Notes under the pieces: model-generated
Databases searched by the model: none
The model's input: the letters and a program-made list of their open reading frames with translations, nothing else
What the model was told of the DNA's origin: nothing
Part shown: positions 39,735 to 49,455 of the stretch, one piece after another
Layout: each line of letters begins with the position of its first letter
Position numbering within the stretch: the stretch's first letter is position 1
Program-made: the position numbers and the translations under genes
Assembly: GCA_965218095.1 (NCBI GenBank)
Contig: OZ244587.1
Span: 5,632,001-5,696,000, forward strand
DNA: 64,000 bases
Reading direction: 5' to 3'
Source: Candidatus Poribacteria bacterium
GTDB taxonomy: Bacteria > Poribacteria > WGA-4E > PCPOR2b

Positions 39735-40736
39735 ATGAAACTCATACAATTTTATCAGCCGGGTGAAGGCAAGCGTGTGGGTGTTGTCGCACGGAGCGAT
39801 ATAGTTACTGACCTGACCCGCGATGGAGATCGCGGCTTGGTTAGCCGATCCGTTGAGCCCGACGACGTCATTATTGATGTCACCAGCGATGAGTCTCCGG
39901 GTGTGTTAGAATTAATCGAGCTCTCCTATAAAGAGAGGGTCAGCATGGGTATTTTGCTCGCGGATATTCAAGAGCGTGTCTCCAATACAACGCCCCATGT
40001 ATCTATACCAGGGCAATCCGATGACAGCCAGATTAAATTTGCAGATCTCGATGTGCCGCCCGACCCCAACAAGCCCCACCTACTGTCACCAATCGACCCA
40101 CCAGAAGTGTGGGGCTGTGGCGTGACCTACAAACGCAGTGCGGATATGCGTGATGACGACAGTGATCAGGATATATATAGCCGGGTCTACAACGCTGATC
40201 GTCCTGAGATTTTCTTCAAAGCGACCCCCTCCCGATGCGTCGGTCCGAATGACTTCATTGGTATTCGGAGCGACTCCAAATTGACGGCAACAGAACCTGA
40301 GTTAGCTTATGTTCTCGGCGAAGAAGGAGACATTGTCGGCTATACGCTTTGTAACGACGTTTCCGCATGGGACATTGAGCGAGACAATCCCCTTTATCTG
40401 CCGCAGTCGAAAGTCTTTTACGGGTGTTGTGCCCTCGGCCCGATGTTCGCAACCGCCTCCGAAGTTGATGACCCCTATAACCTAAACATCAAATGCACGG
40501 TTATCCGGAACGAGAAGCCAATCTATGAAGGTGAAGTGAACACCTCCCAAATTAATTGGAAGTTTGAGGAATTCACTGAATTTCTTTGCCGAGATAACCC
40601 TGTCCCGGTTGGAACAGTTGTATCTACTGGCACCGGCATCATCGTGCCGAATGACCTGCCGTTAGCGCCCGGTGATGTTGTGGAGATCGAGGCTGATGGG
40701 CTTGGCAAGCTCTCCAACCCTGTTAAACAGCTTTAG
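39735..40736 (+). CDS. FAH family protein (2-keto-3-deoxy-pentonate dehydratase-like)
   Basis: EVWGCGVTYKRS, RPEIFFKA, EPEL, NPLYLPQSK, TGTGI. Confidence 0.85.
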   Translation: MKLIQFYQPGEGKRVGVVARSDIVTDLTRDGDRGLVSRSVEPDDVIIDVTSDESPGVLELIELSYKERVSMGILLADIQERVSNTTPHVSIPGQSDDSQIKFADLDVPPDPNKPHLLSPIDPPEVWGCGVTYKRSADMRDDDSDQDIYSRVYNADRPEIFFKATPSRCVGPNDFIGIRSDSKLTATEPELAYVLGEEGDIVGYTLCNDVSAWDIERDNPLYLPQSKVFYGCCALGPMFATASEVDDPYNLNIKCTVIRNEKPIYEGEVNTSQINWKFEEFTEFLCRDNPVPVGTVVSTGTGIIVPNDLPLAPGDVVEIEADGLGKLSNPVKQL

Positions 40737-41001
40737 AAATTCGCAATAAGTCATTACACGCTTATTTAACGCCGAGAACGCAGAGAAGAATAAAAAAACG
40801 CAGCGGTCGATTTAAGCCAGTAACTACTTATTCCCTTATGTCAATCAGTACGGTGTTGTGGCTGTTGGTCGAGTTTGTGGGTCTTGGGATGGTTACTCTT
40901 ACGAGGGTGAGGATCGGTTGATACATGAGGAGTATACAGAATATCGAATCCGTGTTGACTGGTGCCTCACAGTTGTCAATAATCCGATTAGTATAGATGA
41001 G

Positions 41002-42435
41002 ATGAGTAACTGGAAAGACAAAACCATCTTCACAGGCGATAACTTGCATATCATGCGGGGGATGAATAGCGCGAGTGTCGATCTAATCTATCTCGATCCG
41101 CCGTTCAATTCTAACCGCAACTACGCCGCCCCCATCGGCAGCCGAGCCGCTGGGGCCGCCTTCAAGGACACTTGGACACTTAGCGACGTTGACCTCGCCG
41201 AACACGGCGAACTCGCCGAGCAAGCCCCACCCCTGCACACGGTGATACAAGCCGCCCGCGAAGCGCATGGCAGGAGCATGCAAAGCTACCTCATCATGAT
41301 GTCCACCCGCCTGCTGGAGATGAAACGCATCCTGAAGGACACCGGGAGCATCTACCTCCACTGTGACTCGACGGCAAGCCATTATCTGAAGCTGGTGATG
41401 GATACGGTGTTTGGAAAGGATAACTTTCGGAATGAGGTTATTTGGAAGCGGACATCCGCACACAACGACCCTGGTAAATTCGGACGCATCCACGATACCC
41501 TCCTTTTCTATGTCAAGGGGCAAGGCGCGACGTGGAATCTGCAGTACGAAGCGCATGAAGAAAGCTACATTGAAAAATCCTACCGCCATCAGGATGCACA
41601 TGGGCGGTATCAAACGATTGATCTCACAGGTTCAGGAACCCGCACAGGGATCTCCGGCGAACCGTGGCGTAATGTTGACCCCACAGACAGTGAAAGGCAT
41701 TGGGCTGTACCGAGTACCGGCACGTATTCCGAATATATCGAAAAGCATTTCATTCCAAACTACAGGCAAATCTCCAGTATACATGACCGCCTGAATGCCC
41801 TCGATGAGGTAGGGCTCATCCATTGGCCCGATAGGGGAGCAACGCCCAGACTCAAGCGATATTTGAACGCCAGCCCGGGGCGTTCACTGCAAGACATAAT
41901 CGTTGAAGTCAACCAACTCGGGGCAAGTGCCAAAGAACGCACCGGCTACCCAACCCAGAAGCCTCTCGCTCTCCTTGAACGCATCGTCAAAGCCAGTAGC
42001 AACCCCGGCGATGTTGTGTTTGATCCCTTCTGTGGGTGTGCGACGACGTTGGTGGCGGCGGATCGGTTGCAGCGGCGGTGGGTAGGGATTGACATCTCAC
42101 CGAAGGCGGCGGAGCTGGTCGTCAAGCGCATCAAGGATGATCAAGGGCTATTCCAGGAGATTATCGCCCGCGACGACTACCCAAAACGCACTGACATGGG
42201 CGACACACCGCCCGCCCGAACCCATAAGCACACGCTCTTTGGATTGCAGGAGGGCTTGTGTGGAGGCTGTGGGATTTTCTTCCCGTTTCGGAATTTGACG
42301 ATTGATCATAAAATTCCGCGAAGTAAGGGTGGGACGGATCATTTTGAGAATTTGTGGCTACTGTGCAATGCCTGCAATTCCACCAAGGGCACCGGCACCG
42401 TCGCGGAACTCAGGGCGAAACTCAGTAACCAATAA
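41002..42435 (+). CDS. beta-class amino-DNA methyltransferase fused to C-terminal HNH nuclease
   Basis: YLDPPFNS; YPTQKP; DPFCGCATT; C-terminal CGGC..IDHKIP..GG...N...C..CN..K. Confidence 0.88.
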   Translation: MSNWKDKTIFTGDNLHIMRGMNSASVDLIYLDPPFNSNRNYAAPIGSRAAGAAFKDTWTLSDVDLAEHGELAEQAPPLHTVIQAAREAHGRSMQSYLIMMSTRLLEMKRILKDTGSIYLHCDSTASHYLKLVMDTVFGKDNFRNEVIWKRTSAHNDPGKFGRIHDTLLFYVKGQGATWNLQYEAHEESYIEKSYRHQDAHGRYQTIDLTGSGTRTGISGEPWRNVDPTDSERHWAVPSTGTYSEYIEKHFIPNYRQISSIHDRLNALDEVGLIHWPDRGATPRLKRYLNASPGRSLQDIIVEVNQLGASAKERTGYPTQKPLALLERIVKASSNPGDVVFDPFCGCATTLVAADRLQRRWVGIDISPKAAELVVKRIKDDQGLFQEIIARDDYPKRTDMGDTPPARTHKHTLFGLQEGLCGGCGIFFPFRNLTIDHKIPRSKGGTDHFENLWLLCNACNSTKGTGTVAELRAKLSNQ

Positions 42436-42445
42436 GGAGACAAAT

Positions 42446-42838
42446 ATGGAGACAAATAATTGGCTTACACCACAAGTAATTTTACAAGCAGTTGTGGCGA
42501 TAACTGTACTTGTTACCTTTTTTTGGAAGGTTCCGAGTAAGGGTGATATAAAGTCACTAAAGACTGACATTGAGGGTAATATAAAGTCACTAAAGACTGA
42601 CATTGAGGGTAATATAAAGTCATTAAAGATTGAGATTAAAGATGATATAAAAGAAACCCGTGCGGATTTGAGGCAAGCTAATCAGAATTTCACAGATCAC
42701 TTGAATCTCCATATCAACCATCCATCTGCCAAAAATGAAATTCCCCATGAATACCTAGATCAAAGTTTAAAGGATCTCATAACACCACAGAAAGGAGAGT
42801 TTTCTTATGATGAACACGTTAAACATACCGGACCTTAA
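42446..42838 (+). CDS. membrane-anchored coiled-coil protein with 33-bp tandem repeat
   Basis: TM then IKSLKTDIEGN repeated; DNA repeat 42541-42637. Confidence 0.7.
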   Translation: METNNWLTPQVILQAVVAITVLVTFFWKVPSKGDIKSLKTDIEGNIKSLKTDIEGNIKSLKIEIKDDIKETRADLRQANQNFTDHLNLHINHPSAKNEIPHEYLDQSLKDLITPQKGEFSYDEHVKHTGP

Positions 42839-43613
42839 CCTCCGCGCCGCGATTGAAAAAGAGCTTAACAAGGCAGCCGGTGACCCAATCAACGTTGATG
42901 AGATGGCGGATTTAAAGGAGTTGGATGTGCGCGAATCTGGCGTGCGCTATTTGACCGGGCTTGAGGAGGCAAAGAATCTGTCTCACCTGAGAGCAGGCGG
43001 CAATTTAGTGTCGAATCTCTCGCCTCTGAAGGAATTAGCCAATCTGAGATCCCTAGATTTTTGGGGTAACACGATATCAGATCTCTCGCCTCTGGAGGGA
43101 TTAACCAATCTGAAGGGATTGTGGTTTCAGGGCAACCAGATAGCGGATCCCTCGCCTTTGAAGGACTTAATCAACCTAGAATCTCTGAATCTTGAGTACA
43201 ACGATATAAAAGACCTCTCGCCTTTGGAGGGATTAATCAACCTGAAGTGGTTGAGTATTGCTGGTAATTCGATATCAGACATCTCGCCGCTTGCTAAATT
43301 GAAGAAGCTGGAGGGGCTGTGGATTCAGGATAACTCGATATCCGACATCTCGGTTCTGGAGGGATTCACCAAGCTGAATGACTTGGGTCTTCACAACAAC
43401 CGCATATCAGACCTATCAGTCCTTGAAGGATTAACTCGGCTGATAAGACTGGAGTTTGACATAAACTCACTATCAGATTTCTCGCTCCTAAAAGGATTAA
43501 GGAACCTGCACAGGCTGAAGGTTGAGATAGAAGACCCATTGCCTTTGAGTTTCTTAGTTGATGGAGAAAGGGGAGGAGGTGTTTTGAAAGTCCATGTTAG
43601 GAAATTTGAGTAA
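42807..43613 (+). CDS. internalin-like leucine-rich repeat protein
   Basis: IPDLNLRAAI cap and 22-aa repeats N.ISDLSPL.GLTNL..L. Confidence 0.92.
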   Translation: MMNTLNIPDLNLRAAIEKELNKAAGDPINVDEMADLKELDVRESGVRYLTGLEEAKNLSHLRAGGNLVSNLSPLKELANLRSLDFWGNTISDLSPLEGLTNLKGLWFQGNQIADPSPLKDLINLESLNLEYNDIKDLSPLEGLINLKWLSIAGNSISDISPLAKLKKLEGLWIQDNSISDISVLEGFTKLNDLGLHNNRISDLSVLEGLTRLIRLEFDINSLSDFSLLKGLRNLHRLKVEIEDPLPLSFLVDGERGGGVLKVHVRKFE

Positions 43614-43977
43614 GATATTGCTGGCGTGTTTGTTTCTAATTGTGGGGCTGACGGGTATTGGTGATGCTCGGTGAGTGGACTGAAAAAAGATGAAAATGCT
43701 GCTCCCTGCGATAGTGGTTCTGATACTATTGGGCTGTGCAAGCAAGCCAAACCAGACGATGTACAATCCCCGAATACGGTCATCGTAGCGGGCTATGAGG
43801 ATTTCACAAACTATCCGATGAATATGTCAACACATCCTTGTGACCGTTCAACCGGGGTGGAGAAACCGAGTTTTTCGCACACTGGAACACAAACCACGCA
43901 CCAGAAATGGATCTGGATCCCTCATTTTTCGTCTGCCAAAGAATCTTGGCGAAGATGAGAAAATAGGAGGTAAACTG

Positions 43978-45090
43978 ATGTCAGCACCCAACCTTGATGT
44001 GTTTATCGGCATCCCCAAAGAAGAAATTGATACCCCGGCTCTGCTGATCGATGTGGATATCATGGAAGCCAATATCCAGAAGATGGCAGATTTTTTCAAA
44101 ACGGTCAATGCAGACCTCCGTCCACATGTCAAAACGCATAAGACCCCGATTATCGCTCATAAACAGATTGAGGCGGGCGCGATTGGTATGACCTGCGCAA
44201 AACTCGGTGAGGCAGAAGCGATGATTCATGCGGGTATCCGCGACGTTCTCATCGCCAATCAGATTGTCGGGAAGCAGAAGATTGCCCGACTGATCAACCT
44301 CGCCAAACACTCGGAGATTATGGTTGCTGTTGATGATCTACATAACGTCGATCAGCTTTCTGCGGCTGCGGAAGCAAAAGGCACCACGTTACGCGTCCTG
44401 ATCGAAGTCAACTCCGGCATGAATCGCTGTGGGACGGAGCCTGGGCAACCCACGCTGGATCTGGCGCGTCACATCCTTCAATCGAAGGGTCTCAAATTTG
44501 AAGGGGTGATGGGTTATGAGGGGCATACCGTCATCACCCCTACTTTCGCCGAACGCAAACGTTTGACAGGCGAATCCGTTGAGATTCTGATTGGGACCAA
44601 ACGCTTTCTTGAAGAAAACGGCGTCTCTGTCAAGATTATGAGCGGCGGTGGCACAGGCACCTATGCGATCACCGGCGCTTACCCTGAGATGACGGAAATC
44701 CAGGCGGGGTCTTATGTTTTTATCGATTCAAGTTATCGGGAGGTCGAAGGAATCGGCGCGCAGTTTGGATGTGCTTTGACGATGTTGGCGACGGTCGTGA
44801 GTCGTCCGAATCCGACGCGGGTCATCGTTGATGCAGGGGCAAAAGTGTTGACGAGTGAGTCTGGTGCACCGCAACCGATAGGGATTGAAGGCTTAGAAAT
44901 GCGAGGGTTGTCGGAGGAGCACGGGAATATGACGGCAGACCCAAGCGTTGCGCTCAATCCCGGCGATAAAATTGAGATTTTACCGACGCACTGCTGCACA
45001 ACGGTAAATCTCCATGATCGCTACTATGCAATTCGCGGCGGTATCGTCGAAGATGTTTGGGAAATCGCTGCAAGGGGGAAATCGCAATGA
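43978..45090 (+). CDS. DSD1/D-threonine aldolase family PLP enzyme
   Basis: [33 protein letters not shown]. Confidence 0.9.
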   Translation: MSAPNLDVFIGIPKEEIDTPALLIDVDIMEANIQKMADFFKTVNADLRPHVKTHKTPIIAHKQIEAGAIGMTCAKLGEAEAMIHAGIRDVLIANQIVGKQKIARLINLAKHSEIMVAVDDLHNVDQLSAAAEAKGTTLRVLIEVNSGMNRCGTEPGQPTLDLARHILQSKGLKFEGVMGYEGHTVITPTFAERKRLTGESVEILIGTKRFLEENGVSVKIMSGGGTGTYAITGAYPEMTEIQAGSYVFIDSSYREVEGIGAQFGCALTMLATVVSRPNPTRVIVDAGAKVLTSESGAPQPIGIEGLEMRGLSEEHGNMTADPSVALNPGDKIEILPTHCCTTVNLHDRYYAIRGGIVEDVWEIAARGKSQ

Positions 45091-45403
45091 TCACAACAAC
45101 GACGTCAAACATCGAAGGCAAAGAGATTACCGGCTATCTTGGCATCGTCACCGGTGAGGCGATTATGGGCGCCAACATATTTCGGGACTTCCTCGCTGGC
45201 ATCCGGAATATTATCGGCGATAGAGCGGGCGCGTATGAGAACAAACTCATTGACGCCCGAGATCCCTGCGTGAGATGGAGGCAGAGGCGACGCAGCGCGG
45301 TGCCAATGCCATTGTCGGCGTAGATATTGATTATGAAGTGTTTGGTAAAGGGAATGGCATGTTGATGGTGTCAGCAAGCGGCACTGCGGTCAAAATTCGA
45401 TAA
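45087..45403 (+). pseudogene. YbjQ/UPF0145 family protein with frameshift
   Basis: [25 protein letters not shown]; frameshift near 45262; ..[20 protein letters not shown]. Confidence 0.8.
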
Positions 45404-45436
45404 GGTCTGAGTAGGTTGGGAAAAGAGGCTTCGGTT

Positions 45437-45575
45437 ATTAGGTTCGGGTTTCTCGACGAAGCGGGTGATGTCGGTTGTTCGGAAGGATCCTCGCGTTATC
45501 TTGTGGTTGCTATTTTAAGGTAATGATCGCAATAACAACACCGAACATCGAATGGAAAGAGATTACCGATTATAT
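45437..45575 (+). pseudogene. DUF3800-like N-terminal stub followed by diverged YbjQ 5' stub
   Basis: FLDEAGDVG..SSRYLVVAI* then MIAITTPNIEWKEITDY. Confidence 0.6.
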
Positions 45576-45607
45576 ACGCCATGGCATAAAGAAAGCGAGT
45601 TGAATTG

Positions 45608-46663
45608 ATGAATCTTCACCAATTTCTGCGGGAAGATCTTGTAGAACTCAAGCCTTACCACGTCGATCAGCCGCCACACCAGGTCAAGCTCGACGCAAAC
45701 GAGTCGCCGTTTAATCTGCCACCGGAGATTCGGCAGGAGCTCGCCGAAGCAATCGCTCGGCTCAAGTTTCACCGGTACCCGGATGCGAGTTCAGATCTGC
45801 TGCGAACACAACTTTCCGAGCAATTGAGAGTTAATAAAGAACAGATCGTCGTCGGCGCCGGATCTGATGAGTTGATCGGCAATTTTATGTTAGCGTTTGG
45901 ACGACCGGAGGCGTGCGTCTCCTTTCCGACCCCGACATTTTCGATGTATCGCATCCTCGCACAAATTGCACGGCTCAAAGCAGTCGGCCTGCCTCTTGAT
46001 GAGTGGTTTGATCTGAATGCAGAGGCGTGGAGATCCCACCTCAATACCAACGTGATTAATCTTGTATTCATTTCATATCCGAACAATCCGACCGGCAATA
46101 ATTTTTCGGCTGAAGTTATCCACCAAATGCTTTCACGCTCCGACACACTCGTAATCCTTGATGAGGCGTATTACGAGTTTTCCGGGCAAACTTTGATGAG
46201 CGAGTGTGATCGATACCCAAATCTAGTCATCACACGCACCTTTTCCAAAGCCTACGGACTTGCCGGTTTGCGAGTCGGCCACCTGATCGCCCGACCAGAG
46301 ATTGCCAATGAACTTAACAAGGTTCGCCTGCCGTATAACCTCAACCGTTTTTCACAGATCGCCGCAACGCTTCTGCTCAAACATCACGACCGATTTTCCC
46401 GGCAAATTCAACTGATTCTGAGCGAGCGTGAACGGGTTTTTAAAGCCCTGGAGGTGATGGATGGCATCCAACCTTTCCCAACAGATGCGAACTTTATTCT
46501 CTTTCGGACAGATCGACCTGCGAGTGGTGTGTTTCAATGCTTGCTTAACCACGGTGTGCTTGTCCGTAACCTTGATCGTCCAGGGCCGCTGCGAAACTGC
46601 CTGCGCGTAACGATTGGCACGCCAGAAGAAAATAATATGTTTCTTCAAGGATTGGAAAGCTGA
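45608..46663 (+). CDS. hisC: histidinol-phosphate aminotransferase
   Basis: KLDANE, GSDE, PNNPTG, DEAY, RTFSKAYGLAGLRVG. Confidence 0.93.
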   Translation: MNLHQFLREDLVELKPYHVDQPPHQVKLDANESPFNLPPEIRQELAEAIARLKFHRYPDASSDLLRTQLSEQLRVNKEQIVVGAGSDELIGNFMLAFGRPEACVSFPTPTFSMYRILAQIARLKAVGLPLDEWFDLNAEAWRSHLNTNVINLVFISYPNNPTGNNFSAEVIHQMLSRSDTLVILDEAYYEFSGQTLMSECDRYPNLVITRTFSKAYGLAGLRVGHLIARPEIANELNKVRLPYNLNRFSQIAATLLLKHHDRFSRQIQLILSERERVFKALEVMDGIQPFPTDANFILFRTDRPASGVFQCLLNHGVLVRNLDRPGPLRNCLRVTIGTPEENNMFLQGLES

Positions 46664-46731
46664 AGGGAAGATGCTGAGAAGGAACGGGGAAATGAGATCG
46701 GAAGTTCAAGGGTTCATTGATTCAGGGAGAA

Positions 46732-47238
46732 ATGAAAAAATCACGCATCACGGAAGGAAGTCCAGTGAATATTTCCCCCCGAAAAACAGAGAAGCATCAA
46801 CTCAACAAACTGCATCGTCGCTTGCTGCCTTTCTACATGAAACCCGCCATCTTGATCGCTTTCATGATGATTTCGCTGATAGGAATGATCCTATGGTCGT
46901 GGATAACCGCCGTTTATTTAAGCCATGTCAATCCCTTTTGGTGCAGCTTTGGTTTCGCGTTTGGCATTGTGCTCGGTTACATTCATGGAAAGTGGACAGC
47001 ACGCATGTGGGAGCGTGATTATTTGCGCGTATCGAGACGAGAGATTACATTTTGGAAAGCAAGGGGAGCGACAGGAACAACGGTTTACGTGATCCTTGCG
47101 CTCGGGGCTCCGATTTTTATCGGCCTATCCTTGGGACAGTCTTACGAAATTTTGGCGGGGCTTCAATCGTACATCTTCGGTTTCATTGATGGGATGAACC
47201 TCGCGCTTTACCTGTGGGTGCGGCAACTCCCCAGGTAA
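46732..47238 (+). CDS. hypothetical membrane protein
   Basis: Four hydrophobic segments; RBS GGGAG. Confidence 0.65.
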   Translation: MKKSRITEGSPVNISPRKTEKHQLNKLHRRLLPFYMKPAILIAFMMISLIGMILWSWITAVYLSHVNPFWCSFGFAFGIVLGYIHGKWTARMWERDYLRVSRREITFWKARGATGTTVYVILALGAPIFIGLSLGQSYEILAGLQSYIFGFIDGMNLALYLWVRQLPR

Positions 47239-47387
47239 GCGTAAATTTGACATTGGTGGAGAGAAACGGAATCTGTTCGCATCAACTTAACGACGCAGAG
47301 CGTTGATAACGACAGGCCGACATGGCGCCTGGAAACAAGGTAACGGAGAAAACTGCTCTTGCGGCAGGTTTGTCTCCCCTCTCCTAC

Positions 47388-47585
47388 GCTTACTTTTACT
47401 CGCAAGTTTTCAACGCCCCCGTTGCACAGGATCTCGCTTTGCTAGAGACTTGTGGGACGCGGCTTCTGGCGATCCCTGAAGGGGAAAAAGGAAAAGGGAA
47501 AGTGGAAACCCGCTCCCACGCCCCCTCGCTCCCATGCTCCCCTGCCCGATATGGCTCGGATGAAAGGATCTGGGTAAAAGTAAGC
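47388..47585. mobile_element. MITE inserted in a CCCCTCTCC palindromic repeat
   Basis: TIR GCTTACTTTTAC / GTAAAAGTAAGC; flanks CTCCCCTCTCC and GGAGAGGGG are the two arms of one hairpin. Confidence 0.65.
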
Positions 47586-47617
47586 TCCGTTTCGGAGAGG
47601 GGTTGGGGGAGAGGTCT

Positions 47618-48124
47618 TTAGCCCGCCTCTGAATCTTCCTCCGAGACCTCAAACGTCTGTATGACTTCGTTTGCAAGAAGCCGCTGTGCAATCATTTCAA
47701 GTTTGGATCGATCTGAGTGGACCTGTATCCAGTACTTCTGCCCGGTTTGTGTGCTCTGGACATCTAAAATGCCCAGGTCACGTATCCCCTTGAGGACACT
47801 ATCGCCAACGGCATCTGTTACGCCTGGCTTCAACCGAACCTCGATTGTCCACACGTCTGTTGGAGACATGGGGCCATCATCTTGCTCCAGGGCGTGCCTG
47901 ACCGATTCGCTGTAAAGGTAATCCTGCGTCACTGGATCGGCGAGGATCTCCAAGCAGATTCGCTCGATCGCAAGGGAATCCATGTTTCCTTCAATCCAGT
48001 AGAGTTGAGCGGTACGCACTGAATCCACGCCGACGAGTCCGAGGTCAGCGATATCCTGAAGGATGCCTTGTCCAATAGCATCCGGCGTTTCGGGTTTGTA
48101 GCTGACTTCAATTTTCCATTTCAA
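47618..48124 (-). CDS. purS: tandem PurS-like protein (FGAM synthase small subunit)
   Basis: Two repeats IEV..KP...D..G...LADPV / LANEVIQ. Confidence 0.7.
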   Translation of the reverse strand: MKWKIEVSYKPETPDAIGQGILQDIADLGLVGVDSVRTAQLYWIEGNMDSLAIERICLEILADPVTQDYLYSESVRHALEQDDGPMSPTDVWTIEVRLKPGVTDAVGDSVLKGIRDLGILDVQSTQTGQKYWIQVHSDRSKLEMIAQRLLANEVIQTFEVSEEDSEAG

Positions 48125-48365
48125 TTTTTAATTCTCCTGAATCAGTAATTTTCGTCTAGTGAAACGGGATGGTTCAAAAACAGGTTGACATTTCGCGTTT
48201 TGCATCAAACATGAAATGCGAGACGGAATCAGGATTCAATGTATCGTTGCATCTTGAATCTTTGCTCCGCTTCGACTGATTTGGATTCGTCAACCGATAG
48301 CGCCTGATAAAAAAAACAGTAATCTTGCAGATATTCGTCAATTTGTCCGATAATAGGAGTTTTCT

Positions 48366-49337
48366 ATGAATAGGGATGTATTGCGTTTTGGAGTCGTTGG
48401 TTTGGGCGTGGGGAGGTCCCGTTCCAATCTCATTACCGAGACAGAAGGCGCGCAACTGGTTGCCGTTGCGGACCTCATCGAAGAACGCCGCAAAGCCGCT
48501 GCCGAGGCATTCGGCTGTGACACGCACGGAGATGCGCTTGAGATGTTTAATCGGGACGATATCGATGTCGCGATGATTATGACGCCGAGCGGTCTGCATG
48601 CGAAACTCGGCATTGAAGCTGCCAAACATGGCAAGCATGTAATCACCACCAAGCCGATGGATGTGACTCTCGAAAACTGCGATGCCTTGATCCGCGCATG
48701 CGAAGAAAATCAGGTCAAGTTGCTTGTGGATTTCGGTGAACGCTACAATGAACAAAATCACAAGATCCGTGCGGCAGTGGAGATGGGCACACTCGGAAAA
48801 CCAATACTCTGCGAACTGCGCATGAAGTGGTTCCGCGCCGATAGCTATTACGAGGGCTGGCACGGCACCTGGGCGCTCGATGGCGGTGGGTCTGTGATGA
48901 ATCAGGGTGTCCACTACATTGATCTGATGCAGTGGTTCATGGGACCCGTCGACCGTGTGCTCGGTGCGCACTATGGTGTGTATGCGCATCAGAATTGTGA
49001 AACGGAAGACCTCACATCAGCGATTATCCAGTTCAAGAGCGGCGCGGTCGGTAACATCCTAACGACCACGACCTTTCCCGGCGACAGCGTTTCAATGATA
49101 CAAATTCATGGTGAGAAAGGTGTCATCGGTCTCGGTCCAGATGTGTGGGATTTTAAGGGAGGAGAGCCGGAGATCTCCTTGCCGCCTTATCCAAAAAATG
49201 TGATTCAGGATGCCATCCAGGTGATTCGAGATGGAGCAGAACCTGCCGTAGGCGGCTATGAGGGCAAAAAGTCCGTTGCACTCAACCTCGCGATCTATGA
49301 ATGCGCCCGCACCGGCACACCTGTCGTCCTTACGTGA
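48366..49337 (+). CDS. Gfo/Idh/MocA oxidoreductase
   Basis: GVVGLGVG, KHVITTKP, GGGSVMNQGVHYID. Confidence 0.9.
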   Translation: MNRDVLRFGVVGLGVGRSRSNLITETEGAQLVAVADLIEERRKAAAEAFGCDTHGDALEMFNRDDIDVAMIMTPSGLHAKLGIEAAKHGKHVITTKPMDVTLENCDALIRACEENQVKLLVDFGERYNEQNHKIRAAVEMGTLGKPILCELRMKWFRADSYYEGWHGTWALDGGGSVMNQGVHYIDLMQWFMGPVDRVLGAHYGVYAHQNCETEDLTSAIIQFKSGAVGNILTTTTFPGDSVSMIQIHGEKGVIGLGPDVWDFKGGEPEISLPPYPKNVIQDAIQVIRDGAEPAVGGYEGKKSVALNLAIYECARTGTPVVLT

Positions 49338-49390
49338 TGCGTAAAATGTAAGATCTTTACGCATTACGTCTTACGCATCACGTTTCATGC
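49331..49390. repeat. heptamer (T[T/C]ACGYW) repeat hairpin
   Basis: CGTGATGCGTAA...TTACGCA TTACGTC TTACGCA TCACGTT; similar at 34176, 34753, 53446. Confidence 0.65.
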
Positions 49391-49455
49391 GATTTTCGTT
49401 TCTTCGCTAAAAATGAGCGAATCACAGGTATAAGTTTATCAAGGAGGAGGTTTAC

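Noticed and set aside
42541-43500. CRISPR array
   Set aside because: Repeats are contiguous in-frame coding repeats (33 bp; 66-bp LRR) with no unique spacers or cas genes
43690-43790. Short lipoprotein-like ORF MKMLLPAIVVLILLGC
   Set aside because: Stops after about 32 codons; probably a fragment with too little support
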